From Candidatus Babelota bacterium (GTDB lineage: Bacteria; Babelota; Babeliae; Babelales; JACPOV01): a DNA stretch of 64,000 bases. Positions 1-7,060 of this stretch are shown here, piece after piece (the first letter of the stretch is position 1; each line of letters opens with the position of its first letter). A program made the position numbers and the translations under genes. The notes beneath the pieces are model-generated. The model saw nothing but the letters and a program-made list of their open reading frames with translations. It did not search any database and had not been told where the DNA came from. The stretch lies in NCBI GenBank assembly GCA_016191325.1, contig JACPOV010000008.1:509270-573269 (forward strand). The letters are read 5' to 3'.

Positions 1-46
1 CAATCTATATATATTTTAAATTTTTATACGAGTGGAAGCTGCGTTC

Positions 47-841
47 TTAATTCATTTTCTTTTGTTTGAACCAATAGAAAGCAATTCCACTCGCTATAGC
101 AAACCATGCAGAGAAAAACGTTTTCGGATGTTTCAAAAAAGGTGTGCACTGAGGCATTTCAGGAAGTTCTTGTTCCTGAAAACAATTAACTGTATTATCA
201 ATAGGCTGATAAATTTCATGCAAAGACACACAATAAGGGTACATCTTTTTCCAGCCTGGGGATTTTTTCTCTATTTGCTCTTTAGAATCAGACGAAAGTA
301 GTGAATCGAGTTCATTCAAAAAACTTTCTTGAAATTTTTTTTCCCATTCACTAGATTCTTCTTCTTTTACTACCGCTTTCAGCATTTTATTCACTTCAAA
401 CCCATCTTCAATGATCGGTTTTTTTGGCGAGTACACTATCTTTCGATCTTGTGCCGCAATTTGCGCACTCCAACCAATCGAGCCTTGAATTCCCTCGCGC
501 GGACCAACATAAGCACTGCTCGGCTCGGCCATATTATATTGCTCACAAACATCTCGTAACTGTTTTTCATTACCCTCATATACGGGGATATGTCCATGAT
601 GATTTTGTTTTCTGATCTTTTCACCAAAGTCCGTATTCTTTTTTTGAATAGGGGCGACTTTTTCATAATGTTTCTTAATCATCTTGGTATGATTGAATCG
701 ATCGTAACAATGAACACCCAGCCCCACTAATCCAACGCCTAAACTGCCCGCAAAAACGTGCGCAGGAGCAAGTGACGTTGTTTCCAAACATTTAGCTTGC
801 CCCACAAAGAATGCAAGTGCAAAAATTAATATTTTTTTCAT
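47..841 (-). CDS. hypothetical exported protein with C-terminal membrane anchor
   Basis: 264-aa ORF. Signal-like N-terminus MKKILIFALAFFVGQAKC. Hydrophobic C-terminus FFSAWFAIASGIAFYWF followed by KQKK. No family recognised. Confidence 0.6.
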   Translation of the reverse strand: MKKILIFALAFFVGQAKCLETTSLAPAHVFAGSLGVGLVGLGVHCYDRFNHTKMIKKHYEKVAPIQKKNTDFGEKIRKQNHHGHIPVYEGNEKQLRDVCEQYNMAEPSSAYVGPREGIQGSIGWSAQIAAQDRKIVYSPKKPIIEDGFEVNKMLKAVVKEEESSEWEKKFQESFLNELDSLLSSDSKEQIEKKSPGWKKMYPYCVSLHEIYQPIDNTVNCFQEQELPEMPQCTPFLKHPKTFFSAWFAIASGIAFYWFKQKKMN

Positions 842-916
842 AGCAATATCCCTAAAAAAGTCTGATTTCCCCCCTACTATTCTAGCTATTGCCTAATAAT
901 TGTCCATCAGCGCTCA

Positions 917-944
917 AGAAAAAAGGCACATTTTTATGCGCCTT
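917..944 (-). terminator. probable rho-independent terminator of 977..1579
   Basis: Imperfect 8-bp stem AAGGCACA/TGCGCCTT (1 mismatch). A T-run follows on the minus strand. Confidence 0.4.
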
Positions 945-976
945 TTTATGTTAAAAGCTCTTTTTGCTCATGCGTA

Positions 977-1579
977 TTAATGATAACTAAAATAGTCAAA
1001 AACAAAACTCTTTAATCCAGCAACTGCACCAATTCCGATGCACGCGATCCGGAAAGAATCAGCATATTCTAAACATCTAATTTCTCTTGGATGATGAGTG
1101 ATTTGGAGTTGCTCTCCAATATAAATAACTGAAACTGTATTTTTCCCGTTATTAACAGTTTTAGTAATACCCACAGTCACCGTCTTTCCTTCATCGCCCT
1201 GCAATTCAATTTTGTCTTTTATAAACTTACCTAAGAAGGTATTTTTTTCAAAAACAACAAAGTTATTATTAGTTTTTCCTAGACCTTGATGCCAGTCGTC
1301 ACTTGTCTCTATTTTTTTATTTATTAAATTAACAAGCACTTCTTTTGTTATCACCTCTGATTTCACTGGATTCATTCTGTTGTAGCGATCAAGTCTTTTC
1401 TTTTCAAAATCATGAATAAAACAACGTGCAAGAAAGCCGCCCCCCATCAAAGTCAATCCTGCAATACCAAGTTTATGATTTGCCAGCCACGAAGCTGCAG
1501 AAGAAAGCATTGTCGTTTGTTGATGCTCAGCGTGCGCTAAAATTGAGATTGAAAGTAAAAAAAATATACCTTTTTTCAT
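977..1579 (-). CDS. hypothetical exported protein with C-terminal hydrophobic tail
   Basis: 200-aa ORF. Signal peptide MKKGIFFLLSISILAHA. C-terminal ACIGIGAVAGLKSFVF segment. Confidence 0.6.
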   Translation of the reverse strand: MKKGIFFLLSISILAHAEHQQTTMLSSAASWLANHKLGIAGLTLMGGGFLARCFIHDFEKKRLDRYNRMNPVKSEVITKEVLVNLINKKIETSDDWHQGLGKTNNNFVVFEKNTFLGKFIKDKIELQGDEGKTVTVGITKTVNNGKNTVSVIYIGEQLQITHHPREIRCLEYADSFRIACIGIGAVAGLKSFVFDYFSYH

Positions 1580-1629
1580 TCTTTATTCCCTGCTTATTAG
1601 TTTCGGTCATCCCGATTATTGTCACAGAA

Positions 1630-1664
1630 AAAAATAAAAAATAAAGAGGCGCTAATGCGCCTCT
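1630..1664 (-). terminator. rho-independent terminator after the parA operon
   Basis: Perfect 8-bp stem AGAGGCGC-taat-GCGCCTCT. A long T-rich run follows on the minus strand. Confidence 0.55.
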
Positions 1665-1696
1665 TCTCAACTTTTGATAAAAAAATATGAAAAATT

Positions 1697-2020
1697 TTAC
1701 ACAAGCGGCCTGCCGCCTTTTAGCGAACGCTCTTTTCGCTCAGGGTATCGATCGCCCCGTTTCTTTTCTAGTTTTGCTACTGCTTGCTCAAAAGCTTCTT
1801 GCGCAAGCGCAGTAAGCGTCAATCCCGGTTCCCAGAAAACGACGTTTTTAATCTTATCTATCAAATCTATCGGCAAATGGATGGTGATCCGTTGTTTTTT
1901 TACCGATTCGGTATCCTGCTCGTGCACCGATTCAACTTTTTTTTGCGCCGAGCGAGTTGTCGTAGCTGCTAAATAGGCCTCAAGCGGATTACTGCCTAAT
2001 GTTTTTTTCTTTTTAACCAT
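1697..2020 (-). CDS. small ParA-associated DNA-binding protein, ribbon-helix-helix-like (ParG-type partner candidate)
   Basis: 107 aa, 14 nt downstream of parA, with an AAGGAG RBS. Basic disordered N-tail MVKKKKTLG... Then a beta-alpha-alpha pattern RITIHLPIDLIDKIKNVV...LTLTALAQEAFEQAVAKLE. Confidence 0.5.
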   Translation of the reverse strand: MVKKKKTLGSNPLEAYLAATTTRSAQKKVESVHEQDTESVKKQRITIHLPIDLIDKIKNVVFWEPGLTLTALAQEAFEQAVAKLEKKRGDRYPERKERSLKGGRPLV

Positions 2021-2034
2021 GAAAGGCTCCTTTT

Positions 2035-2796
2035 TTATGTCACTTCTTGTTTCATTACTTCTTTTGCAAATGCGCGATAATCGGCTGCGCCGTGGCTTGT
2101 ATCATCATAAGAAAAAATTGGCTCACTAAATGAGGAAGCTTCCGAAAGTTTAATATTTTCTCGGATAGCAGTTTTGAAAAGCATATCTTTAAAATTATTT
2201 TTCAACTCATCGATAACTTCTTTTGCATGCTTTGTGCGCGCATCAACGCGGCATGGAACGATTCCTGCAATAGCAAGTTCAGGATTGAGGCGTTGCTTGA
2301 TTACTTCGATCGTTTGCAATAGTTGAACAAGCCCAGAAAGTGCCATAAAACGAGTTTCCACCGGCACGATAACTTCATGAACTGCAGATAATGCGTTCAC
2401 GGTAAGCACGCCAAGCGTTGGCGGGCAATCAATCAGAATATAATCAAATGCCGCAGTTCCCATTTGTTCAATATGATGTTTTAATAATGTTTCAGAGCCA
2501 ACTTCGTGCGCCAATAATCTCTCGACGCCAATAAGCCACGTGGAAGATGGAACAAGTGAAATATTTTTATACGCAGTTGCAGCAACAATTGATGCGAGAG
2601 AAACATTTTCAACAAACGCGCTATAAATACCCTTCTGGCTACTAGAAAAACCGAACCATTGGGTGGTCGATGCTTGCGGATCAAGATCGATCACAAGCAC
2701 TTTTCTTTTTTTTTCTGCAAGGGCAGCTGCCAAATTTACCGTCGTGGTTGTTTTTCCACTCCCGCCTTTTTGATTAATAATCGCTATCGAACGCAT
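2035..2796 (-). CDS. parA: ParA/Soj-family partition ATPase
   Basis: Deviant Walker A IINQKGGSGKTTTTVNLA, then VLVIDLDPQAS. 253 aa. Confidence 0.9.
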   Translation of the reverse strand: MRSIAIINQKGGSGKTTTTVNLAAALAEKKRKVLVIDLDPQASTTQWFGFSSSQKGIYSAFVENVSLASIVAATAYKNISLVPSSTWLIGVERLLAHEVGSETLLKHHIEQMGTAAFDYILIDCPPTLGVLTVNALSAVHEVIVPVETRFMALSGLVQLLQTIEVIKQRLNPELAIAGIVPCRVDARTKHAKEVIDELKNNFKDMLFKTAIRENIKLSEASSFSEPIFSYDDTSHGAADYRAFAKEVMKQEVT

Positions 2797-2829
2797 TCTT
2801 TGCTCCTTTTTATTGCCCCTTGCATTGCC

Positions 2830-2852
2830 GTTGGCTATGGGGGCCCCAAATT
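2830..2852. repeat. GC-rich intergenic repeat motif (GGCTATGGGGGCCCCA), copy 1
   Basis: The 16-nt core is identical to the reverse complement of 56379-56394. It sits in a GC-rich spacer upstream of parA. Confidence 0.6.
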
Positions 2853-2960
2853 AACTGCTCACAATTCGCTCGCATAATAGCATGGGTAAAAAAAAGATTA
2901 CAAGGTTTACCTTGCTGCCTTTGCAGCATTGGGGGACGAAAAAAAATCGCGCAGCCAGCT

Positions 2961-3755
2961 TTAATCTTCGAGTCGCTCAAGCCCATATACTTTGCTTAAT
3001 TTAAACAAGTAGAAAAACAAGAAAAGCGCGCACATTAAATAAAAGAGATTCAGCAGCAAACCTTTTAGAAGAAGAAGCTCTATTGGTTCTTTTGCGATCG
3101 CTCCCCGCATTGCCTTAAAAGTATAGGTCATTGGAATAAAGGCACTTATTTTTTGAATCCACGCAGGCATCACTTCGATAGGGGCAAATGCACCGCAAAA
3201 TGGCGCAAAGAACCAACCCATTGGCCACGGCAGCGATTGAACCGTATGCCCCCAATAAATAATAAGTGCCGCACACACCATACCAATCGACCAACCAGAA
3301 ATCATTTGCAATAAAATACACCAAAGTATTGGTAATCCGATGCTGAACACATTAATGTTAAAAATGAAAAAAATCGCTGTAGAAAGCACCGCGACGGTCA
3401 TCACCACTCGAATTACTCCCATCATTAAAAGGCTACAAAGCCATTCAGAAATGGTAAGAGGTGTTGAAAAAAGATTAATTAAATTTCTGCTCCAAAGTTC
3501 TTCAGTAAGATTTACCGAAATTTCTAAACTTGAGCGGTACAGCATGTTCCAAAGAAAAACGCCACCCAAAATTGCAAGCATAATTTCTGGCGATTTATTA
3601 CCATCCTTCTCAGTAACCCATAAACTCATGAATCCCCAAAGAATGATATCAAACATCGGCCAATAGAAGTTATCAATAATGCGGTATAAATCTCTAAACT
3701 GCAAAAGTACGTGCCGCTCAATAACGCCAGCTATGCAATGCCATCTAATAAGCAT
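2961..3755 (-). CDS. ABC-2 type transporter permease
   Basis: 264 aa with about 6 hydrophobic segments. Immediately downstream of the ABC ATPase (10-nt gap). Confidence 0.75.
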   Translation of the reverse strand: MLIRWHCIAGVIERHVLLQFRDLYRIIDNFYWPMFDIILWGFMSLWVTEKDGNKSPEIMLAILGGVFLWNMLYRSSLEISVNLTEELWSRNLINLFSTPLTISEWLCSLLMMGVIRVVMTVAVLSTAIFFIFNINVFSIGLPILWCILLQMISGWSIGMVCAALIIYWGHTVQSLPWPMGWFFAPFCGAFAPIEVMPAWIQKISAFIPMTYTFKAMRGAIAKEPIELLLLKGLLLNLFYLMCALFLFFYLFKLSKVYGLERLED

Positions 3756-3764
3756 AGTTTTCCC

Positions 3765-4712
3765 TTATATATTTTTTCGTGCGATCGTTAAAAAATAATC
3801 TTCAAGTGTCGGTTTTTCTATCGAAATATGCGAATAAGAAGCATCGAGTCGGGCGCACATTGAAAAGAGCCCACTGATTGCTTGTTCATCAATAGAGACA
3901 TCCACATCTTGATCGCGAACAACAAATTGAAAACCTTGTTTTTCAAGTTCATCGATTAATAATGAAAGATTATTCGTGATCGTTAGTTTTACATGCGATT
4001 TTGAAACGGTAGCTGCTAACTTATCTGGGGTATCGTGAGCAATAATCGTTCCTTGCTTGAGAACTAATACGCGATCACAAACATGCGCAACTTCGTTCAT
4101 ATCATGTGAAGCTAAAAGAATTGAAACATTAGATTTTTTTTGCTGATCAAGCAAGAAATGCCGCACACTTTCAACTACATCAGGATCAAGTGAAGCAGTG
4201 GGTTCATCAAGAAGAACAAGTTCGGGGCTTGATAAAAAAGCTTTGGTGAGCATAACGCGCGTCATCTGCCCCGCAGATAAACCGCCCGTATAGCGATCAA
4301 GCAAATGCGAAACATTAAACGCACTTAAAAGCTCTTCACTTTTAAAGCGCGCCTGCTCGGCCGATAAACCATAGAGCTTGCCGATAATCCGCAAATTTTC
4401 CCATACGGTAAACTTTGATGGCAGCTTGGCGTATCCTGTTGCATATCCTATTTTTTCCATCACGGTCGCCTGATGCGTAGCAAAATCCTTACCAAAATAA
4501 CTAATGCTACCGCCAGTTGGTGTTAATGTACCAAGAAGCATTTGCATGGTAGTAGATTTTCCAGCGCCGTTTGGCCCCAAAAGGCCAAGAATCTCACCTT
4601 TTTCAATAGAGAAAGATATTTGATCTACTGCGACAAAAGGATGATCTTTTTTAAACCACGAGGATGAATGAAAAATTTTAGTTAATTGCCGTACGTGCAA
4701 TACACAATCCAT
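3765..4712 (-). CDS. ABC transporter ATP-binding protein
   Basis: Walker A GPNGAGKST, signature LSAGQ, Walker B LVLLDEPT. Confidence 0.9.
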   Translation of the reverse strand: MDCVLHVRQLTKIFHSSSWFKKDHPFVAVDQISFSIEKGEILGLLGPNGAGKSTTMQMLLGTLTPTGGSISYFGKDFATHQATVMEKIGYATGYAKLPSKFTVWENLRIIGKLYGLSAEQARFKSEELLSAFNVSHLLDRYTGGLSAGQMTRVMLTKAFLSSPELVLLDEPTASLDPDVVESVRHFLLDQQKKSNVSILLASHDMNEVAHVCDRVLVLKQGTIIAHDTPDKLAATVSKSHVKLTITNNLSLLIDELEKQGFQFVVRDQDVDVSIDEQAISGLFSMCARLDASYSHISIEKPTLEDYFLTIARKNI

Positions 4713-4879
4713 AAAAACCTATCTACAATGACAACTAAATTAAATGATTAGTGCTGATTGAAAAACAAAATTGTTTCGCTACTCTATAAAGTATAATACA
4801 AATCACATAAATATGAAAAATAGTGGGAAGATTTTTTTATAAACCCTAAAATATCCTGCACCTCCCAAAGGCACATATA

Positions 4880-5443
4880 ATGAATAATAAATTTCGTTTA
4901 ATATTTTTAATTATCTTTACTACAGCAACAGCTTTTCCTCAATATCACATACCTAAAACAAAAAGACATTCTAAATCTGCTACCACTATCACAACCAAAG
5001 CTGAGAAATTGCAAAAAGAAAAAAAAGAACTTGAACAACAAAATGCGGATCTTACTGAAGAAACTTTAAACCTAAGAGCAGATGGAGCTTCTTTATCAAA
5101 AGAACAAGATGCTTTTCACAAAGTAGGAAAAAGTCTTGCTTCTATTTCTTTAAAAAAAGAAGATGAATGTTCATTATTTATCAACACTGCTGGAAAAGTT
5201 ATCCAAAGTATTACATTTCATGAAGGTAGCAGAATCGGATTCGATAAAAAACCCATTTACGATTTATTTGCGGAACAACAAAAAAAAGCGAAAAAACCCT
5301 GTACACAAAATTGCGGGCCGACGAATATTATACCTACCGCTACATCATTTATTAAGCAATCGTTTGCCCCATTCATCGCTGGAATGATTGTAGCAACAGG
5401 CGGATGCGCAGCTTTTTATTTTGCATATTTGAAGAAAAAATAA
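4880..5443 (+). CDS. hypothetical exported coiled-coil protein with C-terminal anchor
   Basis: Signal-like MNNKFRLIFLIIFTTATAF. KEKKELEQQNADLTEE coiled coil. C-terminal FIAGMIVATGGCAAFYFAYLKKK. Confidence 0.6.
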   Translation: MNNKFRLIFLIIFTTATAFPQYHIPKTKRHSKSATTITTKAEKLQKEKKELEQQNADLTEETLNLRADGASLSKEQDAFHKVGKSLASISLKKEDECSLFINTAGKVIQSITFHEGSRIGFDKKPIYDLFAEQQKKAKKPCTQNCGPTNIIPTATSFIKQSFAPFIAGMIVATGGCAAFYFAYLKKK

Positions 5444-6412
5444 TTATGGCGTAACTGATGGCACTGCGTCTCTGTGCTTCATGCGCGTAAAACCTTCGCG
5501 CAACTCTTCTTGATAGAAAAGATACAATCCGACTACGACGACTGCTGACGAAAAGAAGAACGTCCACGTCAATTGTTCATGCAAAAACACGACGCCAAAA
5601 AGTGCTGCAAAAAGCGGGCAGAGAAATCCTGCAAAAGAAAGAAATGTCGCCGTATACGTTTTTAAAAGCGATCCGTACCAGTTATAAAAAATACCATTCA
5701 CGATGACGATAATTGTTGCGGTGAGCGCAATAAATGGGCCCCAGCTTGATACCGGCAGTGGTTGCCATCCTTCAAAAATGAGCGAAGTTAATAATGCAAG
5801 TGCTCCGCCGCCTAGCATACCAATTCCATTTATCTCAACAGGTGAATAACGATTTGTTTGCATTAAATCGCGCATGATAGTCCATCCGTAACACGAAGAG
5901 ATAACTGCACCTAACATCGCAACTTCAGGTAGCGAGAAGAAAAGAACAGAACCAAAAAGTTCTTCTTGCGGTATGTGCTGAATAAGTTCTGGCAAGAAAC
6001 CAAGAATTCCTATCGTAAGCCCCATCCACTTTTTAACCGTAAGACGTTCCGAAAATAAATAGTACGAAAGCAACGCAGTAATAAAGGGAGAAAGGTTAAA
6101 GAAGAACGACGATTTAAATGAGGTAAGCCCTTGGAGCGCCCATAAATCTAAAACATAGGCGGCGTAAATATGAAAAAGAACAATCGCAGAAAATTTCCAA
6201 CGATCTTCACGCGCAATAGTTGGCATTTTTCGATGATAAAAAACCCATCCACCAGTTAACAATAATCCTGCAGCAATCATGCGCACGCCAACAAAAAAAA
6301 ATGGCTTGCTATACATTAAAACAGCTTTACATAACGTGAAACTACTTGCACATAATGCGTAAAGAAAGATTATTGAAAACATTGCAAGATCCTTAATCAT
6401 AATTATGCTCAC
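5444..6412 (-). CDS. EamA/DMT-family transporter
   Basis: 322 aa with about 10 TM segments in two similar halves, typical of drug/metabolite transporters. The exact start is uncertain (GTG at 6412 or ATG at 6400). Confidence 0.8.
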   Translation of the reverse strand: MSIIMIKDLAMFSIIFLYALCASSFTLCKAVLMYSKPFFFVGVRMIAAGLLLTGGWVFYHRKMPTIAREDRWKFSAIVLFHIYAAYVLDLWALQGLTSFKSSFFFNLSPFITALLSYYLFSERLTVKKWMGLTIGILGFLPELIQHIPQEELFGSVLFFSLPEVAMLGAVISSCYGWTIMRDLMQTNRYSPVEINGIGMLGGGALALLTSLIFEGWQPLPVSSWGPFIALTATIIVIVNGIFYNWYGSLLKTYTATFLSFAGFLCPLFAALFGVVFLHEQLTWTFFFSSAVVVVGLYLFYQEELREGFTRMKHRDAVPSVTP

Positions 6413-6444
6413 CTCCTCATTCGACTACGGCGGCTCACTCATCC

Positions 6445-6551
6445 TTCGATACACCCAGGCTTTGCCGGGCACTCAGGACGAGCGATCTCTAAAAAACATT
6501 CTATTGCGCTCGTGGTGAGTGATTTCGAGCGAAGTGAGAAATTGTATCGAA
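6445..6551. other. GC-rich structured element in the leader of the DMT transporter gene
   Basis: Nested inverted repeats: TTCGATACA (6445-6453) with TGTATCGAA (6543-6551), and ACTCAGGACGAGCG (6471-6484) with CGCTCGTGGTGAGT (6507-6520, 12 of 14 pair). GC content is far above the surroundings. Confidence 0.35.
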
Positions 6552-6641
6552 CCATGCGCACTTACTATCTCCATGATTTTTCACAATTCAAAATTTAGAA
6601 TAGCTTTTATTGTTATAATTTCTAGTTTTTTCAACTAAATA

Positions 6642-6671
6642 AATAAGCCCGGAGTTTCCTCCAGGCTTATT
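6642..6671 (-). terminator. stem-loop terminator after 6696..6950
   Basis: 13-bp stem AATAAGCCCGGAG/CTCCAGGCTTATT with one mismatch and loop TTTC. Confidence 0.45.
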
Positions 6672-6695
6672 TACTGTATCAAAACAAAAATAATT

Positions 6696-6950
6696 TTATT
6701 TGTGTTTATGATCGCAGCTTGAACCGCAATGGCAGCCACAGTGAGATGAGCAAGCGCCCATTACTAACTTCAGGAGGGCGATCACACCACAAGCACCAAT
6801 GATGTAGTAAACAATCTTTTCATATTGCATAATATGCAACATTTCAAGCGGGTTGTAGCCAAGAGCCATAAGGCCAAGGTGGATACTGCCTAAAGCAGTG
6901 ATTAAACAAACGATCATACACATTAATCTCATGCCAGAAGTATGCATCAT
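6696..6950 (-). CDS. DUF378-like small membrane protein with Cys/His-rich tail
   Basis: 84 aa with two TM helices (ITALGSIHLGLMALG, IVYYIIGACGVIALLKL), resembling DUF378. C-terminus CSSHCGCHCGSSCDHKHK. Confidence 0.5.
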   Translation of the reverse strand: MMHTSGMRLMCMIVCLITALGSIHLGLMALGYNPLEMLHIMQYEKIVYYIIGACGVIALLKLVMGACSSHCGCHCGSSCDHKHK

Positions 6951-7060
6951 AACATCGTCTCCTTTTATTAAATGATACGTGACACTCTTTTCATCGCAAT
7001 ATACACAAACCGTTCTAATATGCCAATATTTTCAATCTGTTTTTTCAGTCGCATAATTTC

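Noticed and set aside
6413-6600. Known riboswitch classes, or a tRNA- or tmRNA-like gene, in the GC-rich DMT leader (which contains GGTTCGAT on the minus strand)
   Set aside because: I could build no cloverleaf or tmRNA ends. There is no match from memory to guanidine-I, ZTP, c-di-GMP-I or fluoride consensus sequences. I kept it only as an unclassified structured element.
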